Source: Octopus bimaculoides (taxonomy: Eukaryota). From it: 64,000 nucleotides of DNA. Numbering within the stretch: position 1 is the first letter of the stretch; each line of letters begins with the position of its first letter. Under the pieces are notes generated by a model, which was not told where the DNA came from, did no database searches, and saw nothing but the letters and a program-made list of their open reading frames with translations. Of this stretch, positions 39,741 to 54,600 are shown one piece after another. The translations under genes and the position numbers were made by a program. Location of the stretch: assembly GCF_001194135.2 (NCBI RefSeq), contig NC_068988.1, positions 16,472,226 through 16,536,225 on the forward strand, read 5' to 3'.

Positions 39741-41899
39741 AACTGTCAGTCAATTAATGGAGGGAATTTAATTGACTTACTTGTCCCCTAATTCTGTGCT
39801 TTTTATTCTTATGTTGTAAGTAGAATAATCGCTTCTGTAAGCTCATACTTATAGTTTACTATTTTTTGTAAGCAAACACAAATGATGTTTTGCCATTTTA
39901 CAATTTAGACTCAATAAATGTGATTGTCACCAACATCACAAAGTCTTTCAAACTTGCTTTTCACAAAATTCTTTATGCATAGGTGACCGTCCATAGGAAA
40001 TTCACATCATATGCCCACGCATCAGTATCTAGCTTATATAATGTAACTAGTTATGCTTCTCTACTAAATTATTTCTTATCTCCATTAATGATCTGCTTCC
40101 TGTTATTCGCATCAAAATATTTCCGAGAGTAGCAAATACAAATCTTTACACATTATTGAAGCTTAGGAGACACGTAATAATGATTACGAAACTTATGAAT
40201 GAACCTGAATTTTAACCAGCGTTACAATACAAACGTTGGGAGAACACTCCCACCCGTCTTCTCAAGGCCAAATTCAAAGCAACCGGAAAATATATTACCA
40301 ATAAAGCAAAGGCTCACCAAAGTCACTAGAGATTCTACATATACCACGTCTCACAATCTCTGATGACCTTTCTAGTGTCCATGTACTTATAAACGTAGCT
40401 AAAACTCCATTTTAAAGGACAAAGGTTATTGCAACCGTGGGAAATTCTATTAAGCCTTTAAATAGTATATGTTCGTTGAGCAGTAGATTACTTTTTAAAT
40501 GTAAGACTGAGACTCTACTACATATATTCGATATAGATCTCTCCCAAGAAAATGCATCCGGATACTTATATTAATGCTTCAGAAATGAGCATTCTACACG
40601 CCCCACAATAATATATAGAATGTAAATCATTGGTATTTTCCTAACTGATACAAAATATTATCTGGGATAAACATGTCTGTTTGCTATACCAATGCTTGAC
40701 CGAGTATACGCAATTTGTTTATGTAAGTATTATGTGGAGTAATATATTTCGTACTTGATTCACATCAATATACTGCCCTCATTTGTAATGCTAACAGACA
40801 GGGTTAAGGCACCAAAGTAAAATTAACAATTTTACTAAATATATTTGAATCATTTATTTATATTGAATGATGGATAAAGTAAGTGATTACTTTAAAACAC
40901 TTTCGATAGAAAGAACCGTTTGGCTCCTTGCTTCTTAATGAATTTACGAAATATAAAATAACCAATACTTAATCAGTGAAAATAGCTAAAATAGTCAAAA
41001 GGCATTATTAACCCCCATTTGACAAGTTTGACCAAGTACACGTATGCATAGGTTCACGTATGCATAGGTCTGGATAAGAATTTGTCTGGAAGTCTGTTAG
41101 CTGCTCGTGAATGCATATCTATCCGCACTAATTCAAAGAAAGGTAACTTAAGGCCGATACAGCTTGGTGAAAATACCATTCCAGGCGTTATTTACTATTA
41201 GGAAACAAACAGTTGGAATACTCACCGGAAAGGGCACATTCAGCACTTTAATATCTCCACTAATCCACAGACTTGAGCCAGTACCTTTTATTGACTCTGA
41301 AATATATTGAACACAGCTCTCTTAAGACTAATTCACTACAGAAATTGAACGAATTGAGATAAATGAATTAAGTGTGAATGTAGTGAAGGTCATACTAAAT
41401 TAATTCTTATTATATTGATATGTTGTAATTAGCAAAAGTAAGAAAACAAAATCCTAGCAGAATTTGTGTGCAGTAGTGACTTAGGAAATAAAGGGGAGAC
41501 AATCTCAATAGATTAAGAGACATTGAAAATATTTCACTTTGTGCCTGAATCGCTAACGTAAGCTGCTCGATATATTTTTTTTCCTCATCTAAGAGAAAAA
41601 TTTTCCATAAGAAAATTTCCATTATGATTTTTGTTTCTTCCGTACATCATTGAACACATTCAAACACACATGATTTGCTAAATCTATAATTTGATAAATG
41701 TTTTCCATTTGTTAGCTTTTGTTTTATTATTTAAAAATGAAAGTGTTCTTTTACTATTACATTGTTCTACTCATTAATATCAATTATTGCATTGTTATTC
41801 TCATTAATATCAATATATCGAAGTGAAATACATTTGTTTCAGAGGATATTTGCTGCACATGATTATTACGTTCAGCCTTCTGATATTCTAATCCTAGTC

Positions 41900-41935
<36 letters not shown>

Positions 41936-42105
41936 ACATGGTAATCATTCATTTTCGATAAACGTCAACGTTTATTGTTTTGCATGAATCTATGTTTGAG
42001 AACACACGAGTCGTTTAGCCGGTATGGAACATTTCATATCTTCATATTTTATGTTGTACATGAATGTTAATAGTCATTCCATTCTCATCACCATCATCCT
42101 TATCT

Positions 42106-42190
<85 letters not shown>

Positions 42191-42205
42191 CATCATCAAT
42201 ATATA

Positions 42206-42621
42206 AAGGTGGCGAGCTGGTAGAATCGGTAGCACGTCGGGGGGAGAAATGCTAAGCGGTACTTCATCTGCAGATACGTTATGAGTTCAAATTCTGCTGA
42301 GATCAGCTTTGCTTTCATCCTTTCGGAGTCGATACACAGAGTACCAGTTGAGTTCTGCGGTCGAGGTAATCGACTATCTCCCTCCCCCAAATTTCAGGCC
42401 TTGTGTCTATCGTAGAAAAGATTATTATTATCATAATTAAGGCGGCGAGCTGGCAGAATCGTTAAGACGCCGGGCAAAATGCTTTGCAGCATTTCGTCCG
42501 TCTTCACGATCAGAGTGCAAATTTTGCCGAGGTCGATTTTACCTTTCATCCTTTCGGGGTCGATTAAATAAGTAACAGTTACAAACTGGGGTTGATGTAA
42601 TAGACTTAATCGCTTCCCCCA
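42206..42621 (+). mobile_element. Head-to-tail pair of SINE family B copies (42206-42420, 42439-42621) within (ATT)n arrays
   Basis: Both begin AAGG(T/C)GGCGAGCTGG(T/C)AGAATCG and contain CTTTCATCCTTTCGG.GTCGAT. Confidence 0.92.
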
Positions 42622-43199
42622 TATTATTATTATTATTATTATTATTATTAGTAGTAGTAGTAGTAGTATTAACGGTTTCTGACGATAGTTACATTACAGA
42701 ATTGATAGAACAGTATATTTTGCTCTGACGAACTTACGCCCTTCAAATTCCGTAGAGGACAATTTCATTTTTTAGCTGCCCATAAAATAAAGTAATGGAG
42801 CCTCTTTGGCCTTGTGTCGAATAGTAATAACTACCTTTCTAATAAATAAATTTTGGAAAGAAAATTCTATGATGCAAGTATAATTAAACTCTTTTAGGTT
42901 AGTCATTAATAAACAAGTATATTTCATTTCACATTGAAGTATAATAAATTTAGTATCAGAGTGTGATTTTTGTTCTTACGAACTTGCTTTCATTCTTCCC
43001 ATATGTTGCTTAACAATATTATCAAGCGCTTGCATTTTAAACTCACACACCAAATCCACACATACTCCATTAACAGACACCTTAAAAATATCTTAATATG
43101 GTCATATAGCAATCTTTCTGTCATCAGTGAAATATACAAAGTCTACTTATAACAATTAACAAAAATCCCTGACACATTTCCGTTATCACGTCTCATTAT

Positions 43200-43700
43200 C
43201 ACTGAGGATCGCATCTCGTAGAAACAGATTCCTAACTTAGACTTACATCGCGCCAAACGACTACCCTTCTTGTCAGGGCCAAACTATATTCACCCTCACT
43301 AAATTATGGACACACCATAAGCTCAGACGAGACCTACAGAGGAGTACTAGTTTCACATTTTAGGAAATTTTGTTACCAGAAAAATACACAACAGCCAGAA
43401 AAGGATTACTCGATCAATTGCCATAATGACACTAGCAGACACGCTTCAGCTGCAGGTCCACAGGCACAATGCCTCCAGTCACTGCTTTCTTTTTACCTCT
43501 ACTCGGTTAGCTTCTGCTTTTCAGAATTAACTGGACTTATGGTAACTTTTCCTTTTCCCGACACAATCGTCTCACATCTTCTCGTGCTTCTTTACGTATC
43601 GAACCTTGATAGGCTCTGCATTAATCACTACGCCTAGCTCTTTATTCATGGAGTATCGGCCCACTGGAATTCTATCCGATCACACATCTTAGATTCCAGT
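43200..43700 (+). mobile_element. Possible decayed CR1/Jockey-group LINE 3' end
   Basis: INHYA*LFIHGVSAHWNSI (~43620-43675) resembles 'RT.HY..SFF.R...LWNSLP'. Confidence 0.3.
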
Positions 43701-43898
43701 TTTGAGTTATTCAGGTTCTTGAGAAGCATCTATGATATCAAACTTAACAGTCTCGGAGGGACTGAGCAGGGAAAAGTTACTGCATGTCCAGCGAGTTGAA
43801 GCCAAACACACACATTCACCTACATGTATATATGTGTATAAGTATATATGCATATATGCAAACATACATACACATACACAAATACACACACATGACTG

Positions 43899-44090
43899 AC
43901 CGTAGGATTGCACCTAGAAAGTTACCCTCCAAGGCAGAAGTCCAGGCATGGTTGTTTATGGAAGACCAGTCGTCGCCCATGCATACCGGCCTCCCCTCTC
44001 CACGCTACCAGTGTCATCCAAGAGAAAGGCAAGGGGCCGATACAGCTTGGCACCTGTGACGTTGCAACTCATTTCTACAGCAGAGTGAAT
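43899..44090 (-). mobile_element. SINE-like repeat family E, 3' part (head missing)
   Basis: GC-rich island; ends ACTCATTTCTACAGCAGAGTGAA, overlapping the ACTCATTTTTGCCAGCTGAGTGGA block of family F. Confidence 0.55.
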
Positions 44091-45169
44091 TGTGTGATTC
44101 TACACACCAAATATTACACCATCTCCAGTATAATATTTGCAGATTAAAAAAAGAAATGAAAAGAAACGCTGTATTTTGTGGTACTCCTTAAGCTTCCAGC
44201 TATCTTAAATTCTTCAAAATAACCGTGGGATTTCCAGGAGTATTACTAGTGAAACATAATTTAAATTATAATAGGGCAAGCATCGACCGGTTACAGGAAA
44301 ACTCGAACGCACATATTAAATCTTTACATTTCACTATAATCTTTTAATATAGATTATTATGGTAACCCATGTTGATACGAACGATTAATGTGTTCACATG
44401 TTTAAACAGTCTACAGATATCACATGCTTGATGTGTTTTTATAGAGTTGAACAATAACATTGCATTAATAGCATGAAAATAGCTACCCAGTATCTAATTG
44501 AAGCATTTGTCAATACACAATATTATTATATCGAATGTATCATAGAAAAAGCTACACGAAGAAAGCAAGCGGTGATAAAGAATGTAAAAAAAGTATAATA
44601 AATGAATTACAAGTAAAACAAAAATCAAACACGAATGTTAGAAACCAACGTGAATTATTGATGCTCACAATATGTCATGCTGATTCGAATCTATTCAAGT
44701 CATTTCTGCCTTCGGGAGATCATATATTCTATAGGAAATGTGGAAAGTTTTGAAAATGGGAGCATAAATGCGAGATAATATATGAAAATTATTATAGATG
44801 TTAAAATTCACGATTTCTCCCTGTTATTTATATTACCATTACATTATTGTTAAAATGTAATACAAGTATCGAAGAACCTCATTTAATGTAATCCAGAGTA
44901 AAGATGATTCCATATGTATGAGTGTCCTACATTTTTTAAAGTTCAAATGCCAGTAGAATGAAATTTATTTTCTGTCTAATGTTATTGAACAAGAAAAAAG
45001 AAATGCTTTATTTTTAATTAAGAATCCATAATAAATTCAAAACTATTTTCCCCATTTATGAGAAGTAATTTAAAATTCAAATAAGTTTCGTTCACGTTGG
45101 GAGTCCCTATATAGAAATAAATATCTTCGAATTTGCCTGGGGTCCATGGTGGCGATATTCATTGATCTT

Positions 45170-45870
45170 CAGGTGGCGAGCCGCCTGGATCTTTAACATG
45201 CCCGGCTAAATGCTTAACAGCATGTTTCTGGTCTTCACATTCTGAGTTTAAATTACACCGATGTCGACTTGGACTTTAATCTTTTCGGGGTCGATAATAT
45301 AAGTACCAGTTGAGTACTGGCGTCGATGAAATCGATTATCTCCCTCCTCTTTAATTTCTGGCCTTGTGACAAAATTTCAAATTAATATTCTTTCATCTTC
45401 ATTAGCTACTATTATCTAAACATAAAGATGACAACACAATAGTCAATGCGAGATTCTTAATATATTGCAGATCCTCAACTCAGCAACACACACATATATA
45501 CATGCTGACATACATACACACTGTTTGTCGATTACTATGCAATAATACGATTCTATATATACATACATATATGTGTATAAATATGTGTGTATGTGTGTGG
45601 TAGGGTTATGCATATGTACGTGCGTATGTGTTAAAATTTCTCTCTATCTAAGGCTGCGAACAGCCAGAGTCGTTTTCACGCCGGGCAAAATGCTTAGCGG
45701 CACTTCGTCCGTCTTTCGGTTCTGGGTTCAAATTCCACCAAGATCAACTTTTCCCGTCATCTTTCCAAAGTCGATAAAACAAGAACCACTCGAGTACTAG
45801 GGTCGATGTACTCGAGTTAATACCTCCCCCGAATTTACTCTCCCTGCACCAAAATTTGATACCAATATTG
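45170..45870 (+). mobile_element. Two SINE family B copies (~45170-45385, ~45649-45870)
   Basis: Heads AGGTGGCGAGC / AAGGCTGCGAAC; central GTCGACTTGGACTTTAATCTTTTCGGGGTCGATAA; second copy followed by an inverted tail fragment at ~45875-45950. Confidence 0.8.
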
Positions 45871-47274
45871 ATTGCAAATTTTGGTACAGGGCCTGCAACT
45901 TCAGGGAAGGGAATAAACCGATAATGGTACTTATTTTATAGATCTCGGCGGCATTAGATTTTATATAAGCATGTAGATGGGTGAATATTCGTTACGAGTT
46001 GGCGAGACTTGATCATCTATCGGTTATGCATTTAAATCACATAAGTTTGTGATTTAAAAATAATTGCATTTGCAATTATAAGTTTTTGACATGTCGAGGT
46101 CCATAAATTGGGGGAAAGTAGCAGTTAAAATCCGCAATTCAGTTTCAATCGTAACACATTATTGAATCCCCTTTATGCAGCCATTACCCTGAGAAGAAAC
46201 ATAAATGCAAAGATTACTCGTTCTCCCTAGTCGGTTAAGGCTAATATTTTATTAAAGAGTACGAATCGTTACGAATAGTTCGGCAGACTGTTGTGAGTCT
46301 CCATTATTCCATACGTTTCTGAACTGAATTGTTTATTTCGTGTATTGATCATCAATTGATTGGTGCCTGCCAATCCTCAAACACACGAACTTAGATTTAG
46401 TAGCAGTATCGTAAAGAATAAATTAGAATATATTATCATTATCTGATGTAAGATAGAAATTGACTAGAAACAGTGAAACATAATTTTATAGTGCTCCTAG
46501 CATTTCGACATTTACTGCAATATATCGGACCTGTTAAACGCACAATTGTTCTCAAGACAGCTCATTAGATGCTATCATCCGCGGATACTATTAACAAAAC
46601 TTGAATTTAAGCGTTGGTTTTAAAAATCATTCATAGCCTCGCTTAATGTGTAGTAAATCTTGAAACCAGCAACGCAATGTTAATCTTATGATTGCTATAA
46701 ATTCATACTAAATTATCGAAAATAGCATTTATGTTTGCATATATGTATGTGCTGATGCCTATATGAATATGTGCATGTTCTTTTATCTATCGAGGTTTTT
46801 CTCATAATTCAAGTTGATCACTAAAAAATTGACAGGAAGTTTTTTCTTGAGTCAAAACTGCTCCAGTATTTTTTTTTACATATGCCTGTATGAATATGTA
46901 TGTATAAACTCAAGTATGTATGTATGTATGTATGTATGTATGTATGCCAGAATCACTTGAAAATCAAGTTGTATTGCTCCTCTGGGTATTTGTTCTCCGT
47001 TTTTGCACTCTGCACTAAAAGCAGCTAAACTACTTTCCTACAGTGCGGGACTCAAAAATAAAGTACCAATCATGTACTTTGGTAGATTCTTATCCCACTT
47101 CCTTTTTTTCCTGACTCCGCCGGAAAAACTATGGGAAAAGATTCAAATCATCAGTTGCCCCTAAATTGTGAGTAGTTGAACAACAAACACGCAGCACTTT
47201 TCATGAACTAAATGATATAATATTGAAACCGTTCGAGCATTCCGAGTAACAAAAACAACTAGAAACAACAACAA

Positions 47275-47460
47275 CAATAATGGATTCAAATGTGTGCATA
47301 AGGCCTGCAATTTTAAGTGATGGGGTAGGTCAATTGCATCAACTCCAGGACTCATCTGATATTAATTCTATTAAACCCGAATGGATGAAAGCAAAACTGA
47401 CCTTGGCGGCATATGACCATAGAACGTATATGCTGCAAGAAATGCCGCAAATGGAGAAAT
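47275..47460 (-). mobile_element. SINE family B, degraded
   Basis: GCATAAGGCCTGCAATTTT...GGATGAAAGCAAAACTGACCTTGGCGG. Confidence 0.7.
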
Positions 47461-47679
47461 ATTAAAATGTGTGCTTCCTGTCATCCTTCAAATTTCAGAA
47501 ATATTAATTTCGTTTAACAAAACTGAGCTTAATTCTCTTATAACAATCCATGACTTTACTTCTGATATTATCCCTAGTATCATATGGAAATAGTCTGTAT
47601 ATTATGACAACTATTTCGTATCTGAAACGAGAAAAGTTTGAACTCATTATATCCATCTGTTTGCATAAAAGTGACAAGT

Positions 47680-48790
47680 AATTGCATTTCAAAAGAAACA
47701 GACATCATACTGCCAACTAACTATTGTAGGATAGTTTTTCTCCTCATTGCTTCAAAGCCGTAAAACAAGTTAATTTTAAATCGTCGTCTAGCAAATGTTG
47801 AACAGATTCTAATGAAAAATTAAAATGGGTTTGTCCTGCCAAATCAACCTTGATTCAGATATTGATAATTCGATGGATCATTGCAAAAATAACTAATTTC
47901 AATGAAGAAGCGATATTAATATTTGTGAATATTAAATAGGCTTTCCATTATGTTCATTGAATGAAAATATTTGAGAGACTCTAGCTATAAAGTATGCCTT
48001 AGCAGATTATTGATGCCATTACATTGCTTTACAGATATTGAATCTTCCCTGTTCACACTTCTGGTGGTGAAACAGAGATTTCTTTTCTGATTGCAGGAAT
48101 TTTTTATGGTGTTACTTAAGCACACTTCGTTTCTATCAAGATTATATACTTCGAGTGCCGCTATATACGTTAAATAGTAAACGTTGCCTGCCTCAAACTA
48201 CCCATGCATAAATGAAACTGCAGCAAATTTTTCAGATGATCTTGTATTAATTGCTAATACGTTTCATGAGACTACACAGAAAATATTAATGTCTCTTATG
48301 ACTGCAGTGTATCGCGTAGGGTTCAGCCTAAAGGGCTATAACTATAATAACTTCGAATTTAACACTAAAAGAAGATACAATTCAACAAAATTAAAGTCTT
48401 AAGAGTTAATATTCTTAATTACGTGGATTATTTTAAAAGCTAAGGCTCGTAATGTATTTAGAAATGTAGCTAGTTTTAGTCGTTACAATTTAGGAGTTCT
48501 AATGCCATTTGTACTCTGAGTTAGTTGTGCTGTATGACTAATAGATATGAACTCATCATACCAGATATAAAGATAAAGCAAGCGGTTATTTGAACGCGTC
48601 TTCTGTGTACCAACACACCGTAGAAAAGAAATGCAACACTAGCACTAAATGTGGGTATTTTGTTCCACATCTCACAAACAGTGAGTCAGCATAGAATAAA
48701 GTTTGGTGAATGGAATTTCAGAGTAAAAAGTGAGCTAGCGCCATTATTTTCTCAAAGTGGTCATATTATTTGTGGAAAACTACAAAAACA
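47680..48790 (+). mobile_element. Decayed RTE-type LINE, RT region
   Basis: Manual translation PTNYCRIVFLLIASKP*NKLILNRRLANVEQILMKN*NGF; QILIIRWII...AILIFVNIK*AF; IIDAITLLY...GGETE...IAGIFYG; NFSDDLVLIANT (YADD-like motif); QHRIKFG...KSELA. Confidence 0.85.
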
Positions 48791-48799
48791 CCTGTACGT

Positions 48800-49520
48800 T
48801 TGTCCCTGCGAAAAGTTCAGTGCAGTATCTGCGATATCGTGATGTGATGTGATTATTTACTCTGTAGAATAAGTTGTGAATTATATGTTGGAGAAGTGTT
48901 GGAAGGATGTATGTAGAATAACATAAAAGACTATAAATTCTACAACAAAGGGAGGACGGATGGAGTAAACGGAGATAACACTACAGCGTCAAAACACTAT
49001 ACTGCACACACCGTGGGAACATGGCGTTGCATACGTTGATGATGGAGATAATGAGGTTGATGACGGCAGTGAAAACAGTTTACAAAAATGAGTTCCACTC
49101 GAGCTTAAAACGTTTATATTTACAAGGCAAAGCAAAATGGATAGCAATGTAATATTAAAAGCAGAATAATTTCGTGGAAGCGTATAGAGAGCGAAATTAT
49201 CACAAGGGAATATCTTGTCTAACAGTATGAATACCGCACTTACGTGTATATCCCACCTCAATAAATAGCTCAGCCGCTTCAGTAAGGAAAAGATATCAGA
49301 TGGCCATAGGGAATGATAAAATCCTAGAAATCTCAAACATCTAGCAGTAATAATAATTACACATAGCGTAATAGCAAAATTATTTGATAGCATATTGGAA
49401 GAGAAAAATGAACAAACAAATTATTCAAGTCTGCTTCACTGACTGGAAAATCTGGCATAGAAAAAAGGAAACAAGAAATCATAAAATACGACAAATCTAC
49501 AATATTTTGGTTTCCGAAAG
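48800..49520 (+). mobile_element. Possible decayed APE-endonuclease domain of a LINE
   Basis: IKDYKFYNKGRTDG (~48920-48965) resembles 'GY.F...GR.DG'; QIYNILVS near 49495-49515 resembles 'QIDYILV'; otherwise degenerate. Confidence 0.3.
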
Positions 49521-50469
49521 CTTATTTAACTACAAAAACTGTGTTGATGATAATATCTAAATACAGAAATTGGTAATAAACAAATAGACGAAATAATAAA
49601 AAAAAACCTACCTTTTTGCCAAAAAGGCAATAGCAAACAAATGTTCTCAAAGTAGGACTTTCTGAGTTCTGTATGGACTTTTCCATGATCCAAGATTTGA
49701 TGATGAAATCTTAAAGTAACAGCAATAACAAGCAATTGCAATTAAACTCGGCATGAGCAAATTGTAAAGGGTTATGTAGACATACACAAAAATAACGGGA
49801 AGCTAAAAAAAAAAAAAATACCCAATTGCTACTAGAAAAATATTCCAGTGTGGTTTTATCTCTCTACCTATTTTTGATTTGCGCTCAAATCAAAAAAGGA
49901 TAAAAACTAAACTAGATTGCGTGCAGACAAAGAGCTATGGAATGAAAATCAACCATCTTTTGTATAAGAATAGCTTGGAGTTGTACCATTGGTATTGGAT
50001 GTGGCTTAGAAAAGAGAGTCAACGTAACCTTGAAGAAAGGAAAAGGAGATACGGACACTAAATCTATGTTATATCAAACAAAAATGATAAAAAAAAAATA
50101 TTAGACAAAATACGTAAGTGAAATATTAATGTTTCACACAATGTACAACAGAAAATAAGGAAAATGTTAGGGTGTAACAGATCTGAATTGTAAAGAAAGT
50201 CAGATGACGAGTATCAGTACTGTAGCTTTTTAAATGATGAGTGATAATATTTTCAAATGGGCGGTAAGTGATTTGTCGACAAAAAATCAGAAAGGAAACA
50301 TTAAATGACACGCACACATACACACAGACAGACAGGCTCACGCGCGCACACTCACACACACACATACACACATAAGAAAACAGATTCTAGTTAAAGTAAC
50401 AACTAAACAAAAGATTTAAGGGCTCTTTGCAATCGTAAACAGTTTAAAACTATTTAATAGAAGTCAGAA

Positions 50470-51628
50470 AATATCGAATAAACTACAACATAAACGTTTA
50501 CGAATATGAGCAGGCAGTATTCCAAAAGGAGCGATATGCACGGAGCAAAGAACTACATTGCTAACGGTCATCGAACACTCACTGAAATGAAAGACCTAGA
50601 TGTACGTGACATTTATCGATTATGGGAAGGCATCTAATAGCATACACTGTGCAGATCGCTTTGAAATGTTGGTATCAGAGACAAAACTATTACTTCGTTT
50701 CGAGAAGTTACAAGTATAAGCATGACACGATAAACACCATAAGTTGTACGTTATAGAATTCGGACACAACCATTCAGTGTTCTCATGGCGTGAAGCGAGG
50801 ACGTCTACTATTTATCGCTGCTTTTCTTGTGGCAGCTGAATTGTTTGCGTAATGAAAGAAGTAACCGAATTACAACCCAGAGTTGCACAATCGTCCCTAT
50901 TCAACAATCTAGAAGATATCGACTTCTCCGATAACGTCCCGGTGTTGCATTGACAGGCAAGAGAAGGTCCAAGTAATGAGGTTAGCATCTATGAAAATTG
51001 CCATGAACACCAAAATTGAGGTGAAAGAAAGACGGGATAGTGCATGCAGGCAATGATATCAGGTTCACAGTCAGAACAGATGGAAGTGAAGATGTCAGTC
51101 ATGTGACATAGTTGGGAAGCGTTGTCAATGAAAAAGGTGGAATAGATCATCATTTAAAAGCAAGGATTGCAAAGCTACAGTTGCCTTCAAGATGTTCAGA
51201 CGTTCCCAAACATCACAGCCTGCTTTAAGTAAAACAAATTTCAGTCTTTAACATCGACATTGAGACTTTTCCCCTGTAACCATGAAGAGTCTGAGTAAGT
51301 TTGCCCTCAACAAGTTTCCGGAACATCCTTCAGGTAAAGTAGCAAGATAGACCCACAAATAGCCTTATGAGAATGGACGTACCAGCAAACTAGCGAAATG
51401 AATATTAGGAGGAGACAATGGGTTGGCTGGGGTGCAAACCTACGGAAACTCTATCTAGTAATACAATTCAAACCTTCCAATAGACAACTCAAGAGGGACG
51501 GAATTGTAACAGACCAAAAACAACATGGGGAAGGTGTACCTTAGCTGAAACAGTGGCAGGCATTTACCTGGGAAGAAATGCATACTGTTGCCAATGCTCC
51601 ACGTGGAATGAAAGGAATTTAGAAGAAG
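50470..51628 (+). mobile_element. Decayed RTE-clade LINE, RT domain to 3' end
   Basis: EQAVFQK; ICTEQRTTLLTVIEHSL...YVTFIDYGKASNSIH; HGVKRGRLL; LEDIDFSDNV (50921-50935); LGSVVNEKGGIDHHLKARI; RPKTTWGR; TWEE; CSTWNE near the end, i.e. colinear RTE motifs. Confidence 0.9.
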
Positions 51629-54600
51629 CTATGAAACTGCGTTAGCAAACTGATACAAACAATCCAAAACACCGAAAAACACATGCTCTATCTCCTTCCC
51701 TTTCTTGCAAGCACACACAAACATGATCTCTCTCTCCCCATCTCTCTCACTCGCTGTCTTTCTCTGTAGCTCACTCATTCACACATATAAAACAGTTTTT
51801 GTCTTAAAGCAATCCACCGAGTTCAAAAGAGTAGCTAAAGTGGCAGACTGTTGATAAGAAATTGTGAAAAAGCGAAAATCTAAGAAAAACATTTTGCAAA
51901 GCTAACATGATAACAAAAACCTCTGAAAAATTTGGACAGAGGAAAAATTTATGAATAAACATCGCAACACTAGCTAAGAGTAAAGAGTTTTATTATGGCT
52001 GAATAGAATCAAAATCTTCCAACAAGAAATTAAAGCATGTAGTTAAGCATTGCGCATTAAGTAACCGCAACAAATATGTGAGGTTTTAAAGAAGCAATTA
52101 ATTACATTGTCACTATTTTCCTGTTTAGTGAAAAGGTCCTTCATAGGTCGGGATGCCTGTCGGTTCTAATAAACGACAGAACAAAATAGGTGGCATATTA
52201 CATGCTTGATAAATCTCACAGGTTGATAAAGCACGGAATATGTCACAGCATACTTTGTATGCATTTAGGGTAACTGATCACCGTTTGTCGCAAGGAGCAC
52301 AAGGGAAAAAATTATTCAGATAATAATGCATACCTATTAGAAATAAACATGCATTATCGTCAGATATGTATGTTCTAAAAATGGAAAGGAAATGGAAGAA
52401 AAAAAAACTTATGTTAATATAGATTTGAATTGTACATCACTGAATGTTTAATTTTCAAATCACTGTTACAAGTGGCGACAAAAAGATGCAGATAAATAAT
52501 GTTTCATACACTTGATACAAAGTCACAAAGGTTTTACGCAGGAGCATGGTCTACAGTTTATACTGCAGTCGGTCACTGATACACGCTAACGAATTTAGTC
52601 AAAGATAATAACAGCATACCAGTGATGTTGACATTGTATTCGACTACAGTATAGCACTGGTATTTGATCTCAGATGGTAAGCATACATAACTTTATAGCT
52701 GAAAGTATTTTGACAAGTACTCCATCAAATTTGTCGATGACCATCCGTCATTGATAGCCAACGTAGGCACAAAACTATACTTTTGGATGGAACCTGTGAA
52801 TTGGCAGCCTTTTACAATGTTTTACAATGTTAGAATGAGCGTCTGGTGGTATTTGATCTGATTATCCGTTCTGTAATTTACGCCAAAGCCAACTTAATCT
52901 GACACTCTTTAGAGTTCGATAGACAATGAAAGTAGGGGCATTAGATTAGTGGAATTTAAAAATTGTCGAACGGAATGCCATATAGAAGTGTTCCAGCTTT
53001 CTTCATCTTGAGTCAAGTTCTCGAATAGATACCGAAAAAGTACCATCGCATAACTGAAGTCGTGGTAAGTAACACAACACTCTAGAAACAACAGCCAACA
53101 TTAAATAGATTCTGAAGTGTGATATCGAGTAAAACTTTCCTCCAGAACCTTTCTCTTTATTCCGTTAGAAAGACGTGATCTTGTGACAGGAAATATGTAG
53201 TCAATTTAATGAACTTCAATGTAAATTTTAATGAAAATTACATGTCAACTTACTAATGCAATGCTACAAAAGCTATACTCCTGTGAAATATTCATATTAC
53301 AAAGAAAACTCGAATGGTGTAAAGTGCGGGTTTGGATTGGGCTGTTTTACGAAAAGTGAGCCGATTAATTCTTACATTTACAAAACATCTCAATATATTT
53401 TGACTTTCCTGAAAGAGAGTATTTGTCCTGTGATTCAATGTAGGCTATCCATACCTTGGAATTTCGTGTTTGAATATTTGCATAGATGAAAAAATTAGAT
53501 GTATTATTATATACAAAAATGCGATTTATGAGTTAACAGTTCCCCGAAAAATCAAACTTCATCACTCACCAGAGTTAACTTCAATTCCTTGGAGTTATTC
53601 AAAATGTTGCAGTGCATAGAACAAATAATATTTTAGAACCTGAAAGACTTCAGAGTATAGTAGTAGCATAAGTTTTAAAAATGAACGAAAAATAAGAAAA
53701 TGCTTCCTTATATGAAATATGAAACAAAACAATAGAAATTAATTCAGGTTTTAGAAATCCTCTCAAAATAGCCAATCTAAAAATGTTGCACACATGAAGT
53801 GCCGTTATCGTGTTTTATTAAGCCTGAATAGCTTTGTTATTAATTTTAGAATTATTACTCATAAGTTGATGAACATTCTTAATAATGCAACAGCAAACAC
53901 TTGGCTCGATTAATTTAGAAAACAGCATGGCGTAAATTATCAATTTCATTTCAAGATTCCTTCTACTGCGGTAAGCATCATTAAGCTTCGCATGTATTCG
54001 ATGATTCTGCTAGATAGAATTTGCTGTTTTACCGAAAGGTGTCGTTAAAATTTCGATAACAAGATATGCGGGTAACATTCACGTTATACTCTCATGGACA
54101 ATTGCATGGCTGAATTAAGTACACAAGGATGGAAAAAATTGCTTTTAATTAAAGAAATTGCAGAGGTATAAATTTTCCAGTCTTAAATCATTAAAATGAC
54201 ACGAGAAAAGCTAAGTAGTACGATTTGCTTTTTCATAATTAAAAAGAAACATTCAGAGATAGAAACCTGGTACTACATACGATTTTTTACAAATGTGTAA
54301 GCTTTACATCACTGCTCTTATCTCGCTCTATGTGTTCTTTACATTATAATATATGTATTATATATAATAACATATAATTGGTAAGTTTTACCTCTGAACA
54401 AAATACGCAATAAAGTACCGTGAAGATGAAATCAACTTAAGTTATATATATCTTAAACAGATTTAAATATGTGGTAGAGTTCCGAGCGTAGCGATTTAGG
54501 ATAATGTACCGGTAGTTAAGCTGATTAAGTGGCACAGAGAATCAGATGAGGGGTCCGGCATTCAATGTGCTATGATGTGTCATTGGAGCTATCACATAAC

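Noticed and set aside
39920-40620. Faint CR1-like RT text (NITKSF, LFLISINDLL)
   Set aside because: Too degenerate to call without a profile search.
48978-49091. Acidic frame TLQRQNTILHTPWEHGVAYVDDGDNEVDD
   Set aside because: Short, stop-bounded, no good acceptor, and embedded in a LINE-relic region.
52500-53100. Several protein-like short frames and GTAAG donors (e.g. KYFDKYSIKFVDDHPSL; ORF 52909-53091)
   Set aside because: No consistent exon structure or family motif; stops in all frames around the donor sites.
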